A stretch of DNA of 64,000 nucleotides, from assembly GCA_964016885.1 (NCBI GenBank), contig OZ024741.1, forward strand, positions 361,646,001 to 361,710,000, written 5' to 3'. This document shows positions 52,301 through 64,000 of this stretch, piece after piece; position 1 is the stretch's first letter, and each line of letters starts with the position of its first letter. The translations under genes were made by a program, and so were the position numbers. This stretch comes from Eledone cirrhosa. Taxonomy: Eukaryota. The notes under the pieces are model-generated. The model was given only the letters and a program-made list of their open reading frames with translations, was not told the origin of the DNA and did no database searches.

Positions 52301-55300
52301 ACACCTAAAGCATGTGTTTATGATGTCTCTCTTCCATTGATACATGGAGCATGTGTTTATGATGTCTCTCTTCGCTAGATACCTAAAGCATGTGTTTATG
52401 ATGTCCCTCTTCCCTAGATACCTAAAGCATGTGTTTATGAAGTCCCTCTTCGCTAGATACCAGAAGCACGTGTTTATGATGTCTCTCTTCCCTAGATACC
52501 AGAAGCATGTGTTTATGATGTTTCTCTTCCCTAGATACCTAAAGCATGTGTTTATGATGTCTCTCTTCCCTAGATACCAGGACATGTGTTTATGATGTCT
52601 CTCTTCCCTAGATACCACAAGCATGTGTTTATGATGTCTCTCTCTTCCCTAGATACCAGAAGCATGTGTTTATGATGTCTCTCTTCCCTAGATACCAGAA
52701 GCATGTGTTTATGATGTCTCTCTTCCCTAGATACCAGAAGCATGTGTTTATGATGTCTCTCTTCCCTAGATACCAGAAGCATGTGTTTATGATGTCTCTC
52801 TTCCCTAGATACCAGATGCATGTGTTTATGATGTCTCTCTTCCCTAGATACCAGAAGCATGTGTTTATGATGTCTCTCTTCCCTAGATACCAGAAGCATG
52901 TGTTTATGATGTCTCTCTTCCCTAGATATCTGAAGAATGTCTTTATGATGTTTCTCTTCCCTAGATACCTAAAGCATGTCTTTATGATGTTTCTCTTCCC
53001 TAGACAGCTAAAGCATGTGTCTATGATGTGTCTCTCTTCCCTAAATACCAGAGGCATGTGTTTATGATGTCTCTCTTCCCTAGATACCAGAAGCATGTGT
53101 TTATGATGTCTCTCTTCCCTAGATACCAGAAGCATAGGTTTATGATGTCTCTCTTCCCTAGATACCAGAAGCATGTGTTTATGATGTCTCTCTTCCCTAG
53201 ATACCAGAAGCATGTGTTTATGATGTCTCTCATCCCTAGATACCAGAAGCATGTGTTTATGATGTCTCTCTTCCCTAGATACCAGAAGCATGTGTTTATG
53301 ATGTCTCTCTCTTCCCTAGATACCAGAAGCATGTGTTTATGATGTCTCTCTCTTCCCTAGATACCAGAAGCATGTATTTATGATGTCTCTCTTCCCTAGA
53401 TACCAGAAGCATGTGTTTATGATGTCTCTCATCCCTAGATACCAGAAGCATGTGTTTATGATGTCTCTCTTCCCTAGATACCAGAAGCATGTCTGTATGA
53501 TGTTTCTCTTCCCTAGACACCTAAAGCATGTGTTTATGATGTCTCTCTTCCATTGATACATGGAGCATGTGTTTATGATGTCTCTCTTCCCTAGATACCT
53601 AAAGCATGTGTTTATGATGGCTCTCTTCCCTAGATACCTAAAGCATGTGTTTATGATGTCTCTCTTTGCTAGATACCAGAAGCATGTGTTTATGATGTCT
53701 CTCTTCCCTAGATACCAGAAGCATGTGTTTATGATGTTTCTCTTCTCTAGATACCTAAAGCATGTATTTATGATGTCTCTCTTCTCTAGATACCACAAGC
53801 ATGTGTTTATGATGTCTCTCTCTTCCATAAATACCAGAAGCATGTGTTTATGATGTCTCTCTTAGATACCAGGAGCATGTGTTTATGATGTCTCTCTTCC
53901 CTAGATACCAGAAGCATGTGTTTATGATGTTTTTCGTCCCTACATACCTAAAGCATGTGTTTATGATGTCTCTCTTCCCTAGCTACCAGAAGCATGTGTT
54001 TATGATGTCTCTCTTCCATAGATACCAGAAGCATGTATTTATGATGTCTCTCTTCCCTAGATACCAGAAGCATGTGTTTATGATGTTTTTCGTCCCTACA
54101 TACCTAAAGCATGTGTTTATGATGTCTCTCTTCCCTAGATACCAGAAGCATGTGTTTATGATGCCTCTCTTCCCTAGATACATAAAGCATATCTTTATGA
54201 TGTTTCTCTTCCCTAGACACCTAAAGCATGTGTTTATGATGTCTCTCTTCGATTGATACATGGAGCATGTGTTTATGATGTCTCTCTTCGCTAGATACCT
54301 AAAGCATGTGTTTATGATGTCCCTCTTCCCTAGATACCTAAAGCATGTGTTTATGAAGTCCCTCTTCGCTAGATACCAGAAGCACGTGTTTATGATGTCT
54401 CTCTTCCCTAGATACCAGAAGCATGTGTTTATGATGTTTCTCTTCCCTAGATACCTAAAGCATGTGTTTATGATGTCTCTCTTCCCTAGATACCAGGACA
54501 TGTGTTTATGATGTCTCTCTTCCCTAGATACCACAAGCATGTGTTTATGATGTCTCTCTCTTCCCTAGATACCAGAAGCATGTGTTTATGATGTCTCTCT
54601 TCCCTAGATACCAGAAGCATGTGTTTATGATGTCTCTCTTCCCTAGATACCAGAAGCATGGGTTTATGATGTCTCTATTCCCTAGATACCAGAAGCATGT
54701 GTTTATGATGTCTCTCTTCCCTAGATACCAGATGCATGTGTTTATGATGTATCTCTTCCCTAGATACCAGAAGCATGTGTTTATGATGTTTCTCTTCCCT
54801 AGATACCAGAAGCATGTGTTTATGATGTTTCTCGTCCCTAGATACCTAAAGCATGTGTTTATGATGTCTCTCTTCCCTAGATACCAGAAGAATGTGTTTA
54901 TGATGTCTCTCTCTTCCCTAGATACCAGAAGCATGTCTTTATGATGTCTCTCTTCCCTAGATACCAGCAGCATGTCTTTTTGATGTCTCTCTCTTCCCTA
55001 GATACCAGAAGCATGTGTTTATGATGTCTCTCTTCCCTAGATACCAGAAGCATGTGTTTATGATGTCTCTCTTCCCTAGATACCAGAAGCATGTGTTTAT
55101 GATGTCTCTCATCCCTAGATACCAGAAGCATGTGTTTATAATGTCTCTCTTCCCTAGATACCAGAAGCATGTGTTTATGATGTCTCTCTCTTCCCTAGAT
55201 ACCAGAAGCATGTGTTTATGAAGTCTCTCTCTTCCCTAGATACCAGAAGCATGTGTTTATGATGTTTCTCTTCCCTAGATACCTAAAGCATGTGTTTATG

Positions 55301-58300
55301 ATATCTCTCTTCCCTAGATACCAGGACATGTGTTTATGATATCTCTCTTCCCTAGATACCACAAGCATGTGTTTATGATGTCTCTCTCTTCCCTAAATAC
55401 CAGAAGCATGTGTTTATGATGTCTATCTTCCCTAGATACCAGAAACATGTGTTTATGATGTCTATTTTCCCTAGATACCAGAAGCATGTGTTTATGATGT
55501 CTCTCTTCCCTAGATACCAGAAGAATGTGTTTATGATGTCTCTCTTCCCTAGATACCAGATGCATGTGTTTATGATGTCTTTCTTCCCTAGATACCAGAA
55601 GCATGTGTTTATGATGTCTCTCTTCCCTAGATACCAGAAGCATGTGTTTATGATGTCTCTCATCCCTAGATACCAGAAGCATGTGTTTATGATGTCTCTC
55701 TTCCCTAGATACCAGAAGCATGTGTTTATGATGTTTTTCGTCCCTACATACCTAAAGCATGTGTTTATGATGTCTCTCTTCCCTAGATACCAGAAGCATG
55801 TGTTTATGATGCCTCTCTTCCCTAGATACATAAAGCATATCTTTATGATGTTTCTCTTCCGTAGACACCTAAAGCATGTGTTTATGATGTCTCTCTTCCA
55901 TTGATACATGGAGCATGTGTTTATGATGTCTCTCTTCGCTAGATACCTAAAGCATGTGTTTATGATGTCCCTCTTCCCTAGATACCTAAAGCATGTGTTT
56001 ATGAAGTCCCTCTTCGCTAGATACCAGAAGCACGTGTTTATGATGTCTCTCTTCCCTAGATACCAGAAGCATGTGTTTATGATGGTTCTCTTCCCTAGAT
56101 ACCTAAAGCATGTGTTTATGATGTCTCTCTTCCCTAGATACCAGGACATGTGTTTATGATGTCTCTCTTCCCTAGATACCACAAGCATGTGTTTATGATG
56201 TCTCTCTCTTCCCTAGATACCAGAAGCATGTGTTTATGATGTCTCTCTTCCCTAGATACCAGAAGCATGTGTTTATGATGTCTCTCTTCCCTAGATACCA
56301 GAAACATGTGTTTATGATGTCTCTCTTCCCTAGATACCAGAAGCATGTGTTTATGATGTCTCTCTTCCCTAGATACCAGATGCATGTGTTTATGATGTAT
56401 CTCTTCCCTAGATACCAGAAGCATGTGTTTATGATGTTTCTCTTCCCTAGATACCAGAAGCATGTGTTTATGATGTTTCTCGTCCCTAGATACCTAAAGC
56501 ATGTGTTTATGATGTCTCTCTTCCCTAGATACCAGAAGAATGTGTTTATGATGTCTCTCTCTTCCCTAGATACCAGAAGCATGTCTTTATGATGTCTCTC
56601 TTCCCTAGATACCAGCAGCATGTCTTTTTGATGTCTCTCTCTTCCCTAGATACCAGAAGCATGTGTTTATGATGTCTCTCTTCCCTAGATACCAGAAGCA
56701 TGTGTTTATGATGTCTCTCTTCCCTAGATACCAGAAGCATGTGTTTATGATGTCTCTCATCCCTAGATACCAGAAGCATGTGTTTATAATGTCTCTCTTC
56801 CATAGATACCAGAAGCATGTGTTTATGATGTCTCTCTCTTCCCTAGATACCAGAAGCATGTGTTTATGATGTCTCTCTCTTCCCTAGATACCAGAAGCAT
56901 GTGTTTATGATGTTTCTCTTCCCTAGATACCTAAAGCATGTGTTTATGATATCTCTCTTCCCTAGATACCAGGACATGTGTTTATGATATCTCTCTTCCC
57001 TAGATACCACAAGCATGTGTTTATGATGTCTCTCTCTTCCCTAAATACCAGAAGCATGTGTTTATGATGTCTATCTTCCCTAGATACCAGAAACATGTGT
57101 TTATGATGTCTATTTTCCCTAGATACCAGAAGCATGTGTTTATGATGTCTCTCTTCCCTAGATACCAGAAGAATGTGTTTATGATGTCTCTCTTCCCTAG
57201 ATACCAGATGCATGTGTTTATGATGTCTTTCTTCCCTAGATACCAGAAGCATGTGTTTATGATGTCTCTCTTCCCTAGATACCAGAAGCATGTGTTTATG
57301 ATGTCTCTCATCCCTAGATACCAGAAGCATGTGTTTATGATGTCTCTCTTCCCTAGATACCAGAAGCATGTGTTTATGATGTTTTTCGTCCCTACATACC
57401 TAAAGCATGTGTTTATGATGTCTCTCTTCCCTAGATACCAGAAGCATGTGTTTATGATGCCTCTCTTCCCTAGATACATAAAGCATATCTTTATGATGTT
57501 TCTCTTCCGTAGACACCTAAAGCATGTGTTTATGATGTCTCTCTTCCATTGATACATGGAGCATGTGTTTATGATGTCTCTCTTCGCTAGATACCTAAAG
57601 CATGTGTTTATGATGTCCCTCTTCCCTAGATACCTAAAGCATGTGTTTATGAAGTCCCTCTTCGCTAGATACCAGAAGCACGTGTTTATGATGTCTCTCT
57701 TCCCTAGATACCAGAAGCATGTGTTTATGATGGTTCTCTTCCCTAGATACCTAAAGCATGTGTTTATGATGTCTCTCTTCCCTAGATACCAGGACATGTG
57801 TTTATGATGTCTCTCTTCCCTAGATACCACAAGCATGTGTTTATGATGTCTCTCTCTTCCCTAGATACCAGAAGCATGTGTTTATGATGTCTCTCTTCCC
57901 TAGATACCAGAAGCATGTGTTTATGATGTCTCTCTTCCCTAGATACCAGAAACATGTGTTTATGATGTCTCTCTTCCCTAGATACCAGAAGCATGTGTTT
58001 ATGATGTCTCTCTTCCCTAGATACCAGATGCATGTGTTTATGATGTATCTCTTCCCTAGATACCAGAAGCATGTGTTTATGATGTTTCTCTTCCCTAGAT
58101 ACCAGAAGCATGTGTTTATGATGTTTCTCGTCCCTAGATACCTAAAGCATGTGTTTATGATGTCTCTCTTCCCTAGATACCAGAAGAATGTGTTTATGAT
58201 GTCTCTCTCTTCCCTAGATACCAGAAGCATGTGTTTATGATGTCTCTCTCTTCCCTAGATACCAGAAGCATGTGTTTATGATGTTTCTCTTCCCTAGATA

Positions 58301-61300
58301 CCTAAAGCATGTGTTTATGATATCTCTCTTCCCTAGATACCAGGACATGTGTTTATGATATCTCTCTTCCCTAGATACCACAAGCATGTGTTTATGATGT
58401 CTCTCTCTTCCCTAAATACCAGAAGCATGTGTTTATGATGTTTCTCATCCCTAGATACCTAAAGCATGTGTTTATGATGTCTCTCTTCCCTAGATACCAG
58501 AAGCATATGTTTATGATGTCTCTCTTCCCTAGATACCAGAAGCATGTGTTTATGACGTCTCTCTTTCCTATATACCAGGAGCATGTGTTTATGATGTCTC
58601 TCTTCCCTAGATATCACAAGCATGTGGTTATGATGTTTCTCATCCCTAGATACCTAAAGAATGTGTTTATGATGTCTCTCTTCCCTAGATACCAGAAGCA
58701 TGTGTTTATGATGTTTCTCTTCCCTAGATACCAGAAGCATGTGTTTATGATGTTTCTCGTCCCTAGATACCTAAAGCATGTGTTTATGATGCCTCTCTTC
58801 CCTAGATACCAGAAGCATGTGTTTATGATGTCTCTCTTCCCTACATACCAGAACCATGTGTTTATGATGTCTCTCTTCCCTAGATACCTAAAGCATGTCT
58901 CTATGATGTTTCTCTTCCCTAGACACCTAAAGCATGTGTTTATGATGTCTCTCTCTTCCCTAAATACCAGAAGCATGTGTTTATGATGTCTCTCTTCCCT
59001 AGATACCAGATGGATGTGTTTATGATGTCTCTCTTCCCTAGATACCTGAAGCATGTCTCTATGATGTTTCTCTTCCCTAGACACCTAAAGCATGTGTTTA
59101 TGATGTCTCTCATTCCTAGATACCAGAAGCATGTGTTTATGATGTCTCTCTTCCCTAGATACCAGAAGAATGTGTTTATGATGTCTCTCTTCCTTCGATA
59201 CCTAAAGCATCTCTTTATGATGTTTCTCATCCCTAGATACCTAAAGCATGTCTTTATGATGTTTCTCTTCCCTAGACAGCTAAAGCATGTCTCTATGATA
59301 TCTCTCTCTTCCCTAAATACTAGAAGCATGTGTTTATGATGTCTCTCTTCCCTAGACACCAGAAGCATGTGTTTATGATGTCTCTCTTCCCCCGATACCA
59401 GAAGCATGTGTTTATGATGTCTCTCTTCCCTAGATACCAGAAGCATGTGTTTATGATGTCTCTCTTCCCTAGATACCTAAAGCATGTCTCTATGATGTTT
59501 CTCTTCCCTAGACACCTAAAGCATGTGTTTATGATGTCTCTCTCTCCCCTAGATACCAGAAGCATGTGTTTATGATGTCTCTCTTCCCTAGATACCAGAA
59601 CCTTGTGTTTATGATGTCTCTCTTCCCTAGATACCAGAAGCATGTGTTTATGATGTCTCTCTCTTCCCTAGATACCAGAAGCATGTGTTTATGATGTCTC
59701 TCTTCCCCCGATACCAGAAGCATGTGTTTATGATATCTCTCTTCCCTAGATACCAGAAGCATGTGTTTATGATGTCTCTCATCCCTACATACCAGAAGCA
59801 TGTGTTTATGTTGTCTCTCTTCCCTAGATACCAGAAGCATGTGTTTATGATGTTTCTCGTCCCTACATACCGAAAGCATGTGTTTATGATGTCTCTCTTC
59901 CCTAGATACCAGAAGCATGTGTTTATGATGTCTCTCTTCCCTAGATACTTAAAGCATGTCTTTATGATGTTTCTCTTCCCTAGACACCTAAAGCATGTGT
60001 TTATGATGTCTCTCTTCCATTGATAGATGGAGCATGTGTTTATGATGTCTCTCTTCCCTAGATACCAGAAGCATGTGTATATGATGTTTCTCTTCCCTAG
60101 ATACCTAAAGCATGTGTTTATGATGTCTCTCTTCCCTAGATACCAGGACATGTGTTTATGATATCTCTCTTCCCTAGATACCACAAGCATGTGTTTATGA
60201 TGTCGCTCTCTTCCCTAAATACCAGAAGCATGTGTTTATGATGTCTCTCTTCCCTAGATACAAGAAGCATGTGTGTATGATGTCTATTTTCCCTAGATAC
60301 CAGAAGCATGTGTTTATGATGTCTCTCTTTCCTAGATACCTAAAGCATGTCTCTATGATATTTCTCTTCCCTAGACACCTAAAGCATGTGTTTATGATAT
60401 CTCTATTCCCTAGATACCAGAAGCATGTGTTTATGATGTCTCTCTTCCCTAGATACCAGAAGCATGTGTTTATGATGTCTCTCATCCCTAGATACCAGAA
60501 GCATGTGTTTATGATGTCTCTCTTCCCTAGATACCAGAAGCATGTGTTTATGATGTTTCTCGTCCCTACATACCTAAAGCATGTGTTTATGATGTCTCTC
60601 TTCCCTAGATACCAGAAGCATGTGTTTATGATGTCTCTCTTCCCTAGATACCAGAAGCATGTGTTTATGATGTTTCTCATCCCTAGATACAATAAAGCAT
60701 GTGTTTATGATGTCTCTCTTCCCTAGATACCAGAAGCATATGTTTATGATGTCTCTCTTCCCTAGATACCAGAAGCATGTGTTTATGACGTCTCTCTTTC
60801 CTATATACCAGAAGCATGTGTTTATGATGTCTCTCTTCCCTAGATATCACAAGCATGTGGTTATGATGTTTCTCATCCCTAGATACCTAAAGAATGTGTT
60901 TATGATGTCTCTCTTCCCTAGATACCAGAAGCATGTGTTTATGATGTTTCTCTTCCCTAGATACCAGAAGCATGTGTTTATGATGTTTCTCGTCCCTAGA
61001 TACCTAAAGCATGAGTTTATGATGTCTCTCTTCCCTAGATACCAGAAGAATGTGTTTATGATGTCTCTCTCTTCCCTAGATACCAGAAACATGTGTTTAT
61101 GATGTCTCTCCTCCCTAGATACCAGAAGCATGTGTTTATGATGTCTCTCTTCCCTAGATACCAGAAGCATGTGTTTATGATGTCTCTCTTCCCTACATAC
61201 CAGAAGCATGTGTTTATGATGTCTCTCTTCCCTAGATACCTAAAGCATGTCTGTATGATGTTTCTCTTCCCTAGACACCTAAAGCATGTGTTTATGATGT

Positions 61301-64000
61301 CTCTCTCTTCCCTAAATACCAGAAGCATGTGTTTATGATGTCTCTCTTCCCTAGATACCAGATGGATGTGTTTATGATGTCTCTCTTCCCTAGATACCTA
61401 AAGCATGTCTCTATGATGTTTCTCTTCCCTAGACACCTAAAGCATGTGTTTATGATGTCTCTCATTCCTAGATACCAGAAGCATGTGTTTATGATGTCTC
61501 TCTTCCCTAGATACTAGAAGAATGTGTTTATGATGTCTCTCTTCCCTCGATACCTAAAGCATCTCTTTATGATGTTTCTCATCCCTAGATACCTAAAGCA
61601 TGTCTTTATGATGTTTCTCTTCCCTAGACAGCTAAAGTATGTCTCTATGATGTCTCTCTCTTCCCTAAATACCAGAAGCATGTGTTTATGATGTCTCTCT
61701 TCCCTAGATACCAGAAGCATGTGTTTATGATGTCTCTCTTCCCTAGATACCAGAAGCATGTGTTTATGATGTCTCTCTTCCCTAGATACCAGAAGCATGT
61801 GTTTATGATGTCTCTCTTCCCCCGATACCAGAAGCATGTGTTTATGATGTCTCTCTTCCCTAGATACCAGAAGCATGTGTTTATGATGTCTCTCTTCCCT
61901 AGATACCTAAAGCATGTCTCTATGATGTTTCTCTTCCCTAGACACCTAAAGCATGTGTTTATGATGTCTCTCTCTTCCCTAGATACCAGAAGCATGTGTT
62001 TATGATGTCTCTCTTCCCTAGATACCAGAACCATGTGTTTATGATGTCTCTCTTCCCTAGATACCAGAAGCATGTGTTTATGATGTCTCTCATCCCTAGA
62101 TACCAGAAGCATGTGTTTATGTTGTCTCTCTTCCCTCGATACCAGAAGCATGTGTTTATGATGTTTCTCGTCCCTACATACCGAAAGCATGGGTTTATGA
62201 TGTCTCTCTTCCCTAGATACCAGAAGCATGTGTTTATGATGTCTCTCTTCCCTAGATACTTAAAGCATGTCTTTATGATGTTTCTCTTCCCTAGACACCT
62301 AAAGCATGTGTTTATGATGTCTCTCTTCCATTGATAGATGGAGCATGTGTTTATGATGTCTCTCTTCCCTAGATACCAGAAGCATGTGTTTATGATGTTT
62401 CTCTTCCCTAGATACCTAAAGCATGTGTTTATGATGTCTCCCTTCCCTAGATACCAGGACATGTGTTTATGATATCTCTCTTCCCTAGATACCACAAGCA
62501 TGTGTTTATGATGTCTCTCTCTTCCCCAAATACCAGAAGCATGTGTTTATGATGTCTCTCTTCCCTAGATACCAGAAGCATGTGTTTATGATGTCTATTT
62601 TCCCTAGATACCAGAAGCATGTGTTTATGATGTCTCTCTTCCCTAGATACCAGAAGCATGTGTTTATGATGTCTCTCTTCCCTAGATACCAGATGCATGT
62701 GTTTATGATGTCTCTCTTCCCTAGATACCAGAAGCATGTGTTTATGATGTTTCTCTTCCCTAGATACCCGAAGCATGTGTTTATGATATCTCTCATCCCT
62801 AGATACCAGAAGCATGTGTTTATGATGTCTCTCTTCCCTAGATACCAGAAGCATGTGTTTATGATGTTTCTCGTCCCTAGATACCTAAAGCATGTGTTTA
62901 TGATGTCTCTCATCCCTAGATACCAGAAGCATGTGTTTATGATGTCTCTCTTCCCTAGATACCAGAAGCATGTGTTTATGATGTTTCTCGTCCCTACATA
63001 CCTAAAGCATGTGTTTATGATGTCTCTCTTCCCTAGATACCAGAAGCATGTGTTTATGATGTCTCTCTTCCCTAGATACCAGAAGCATGTGTTTATGATG
63101 TTTCTCATCCCTAGATACCTAAAGCATGTGTTTATGATGTCTCTCTTCCCTAGATACCAGAAGCATATGTTTATGATGTCTCTCTTCCCTAGATACCAGA
63201 AGCATGTGTTTATGACGTCTCTCTTTCCTATATACCAGAAGCATGTGTTTATGATGTCTCTCTTCCCTAGATATCACAAGCATGTGGTTATGATGTTTCT
63301 CATCCCTAGATACCTAAAGAATGTGTTTATGATGTCTCTCTTCCCTAGATACCAGAAGCATGTGTTTATGATGTTTCTCTTCCCTAGATACCAGAAGCAT
63401 GTGTTTATGATGTTTCTCTTCCCTAGATACCAGAAGCATGTGTTTATGATGTCTCTCTTCCCTAGATACCAGAAGCATATGTTTATGATGTCTCTCTTCC
63501 CTAGATACCAGATGCATGTGTTTATGATGTCTCTCTTCCCTAGATACCAGAAGCATGTGTTTATGATGTTTCTCTTACCTAGATACCCGAAGCATGTGTT
63601 TATGATGTCTCTCATCCCTAGATACCAGAAGCATGTGTTTATGATGTCTCTCTTCCCTAGATACCAGAAGCATGTGTTTATGATGTCTCTCCTCCCTAGA
63701 TACCAGAAGCATGTGTTTATGATGTCTCTCTTCCCTAGATACCAGAAGCATGTGTTTATGATGTCTCTCTTCCCTACATACCAGAAGCATGTGTTTATGA
63801 TGTCTCTCTTCCCTAGATACCTAAAGCATGTCTGTATGATGTTTCTCTTCCCTAGACACCTAAAGCATGTGTTTATGATGTCTCTCTCTTCCCTAAATAC
63901 CAGAAGCATGTGTTTATGATGTCTCTCTTCCCTAGATACCAGATGGATGTGTTTATGATGTCTCTCTTCCCTAGATACCTAAAGCATGTCTCTATGATGT
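49343..64000. repeat. 39-bp satellite, ~375 units, runs off the window end (tctctcttccctagataccagaagcatgtgtttatgatg)
   Basis: Period 39 with 41-bp and shorter variants; higher-order duplications present. Confidence 0.98.

Noticed and set aside
49415-63919. Long repetitive ORFs on both strands, including the 458-aa Met/Phe-rich ORF (reflectin-like or structural protein?)
   Set aside because: They arise because 39 is divisible by 3; frequent 2-bp slippage variants break the frames; no reflectin MD motifs, signal peptide or splice structure
49343-64000. Telomeric repeat
   Set aside because: No (TTAGGG)n or (CCCTAA)n run; the ccctag core occurs only once per 39-bp unit

Overview
AT-rich, repeat-dense animal genomic DNA. 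The SINE/RTE repertoire and (GAT)n tails look cephalopod (octopus-like), which is an inference. Bases 1-28 kb hold the 3' part of a + strand spliced gene for CLK4-associating SR-rich protein (CLASRP/SFRS16): 12 phase-consistent GT-AG exons ending ...GLVDY*. Introns and the downstream region contain RTE LINEs, including a near full-length copy with a PHD-like finger inside the RT, tRNA-derived SINEs, TTAA and TA MITEs, and a decayed Buster/Charlie hAT with a perfect 8-bp TSD. The most notable structure is a set of tandem arrays that arose inside transposons. A 28-bp unit is repeated 77 times inside a LINE RT. A ~60-bp unit is repeated ~74 times inside a piggyBac-like MITE whose unexpanded siblings lie in the same window. 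A 33-bp array starts at a SINE remnant. A 39-bp satellite with higher-order repeats runs from 49.3 kb off the window end. All coordinates were read by eye and no searches were run.
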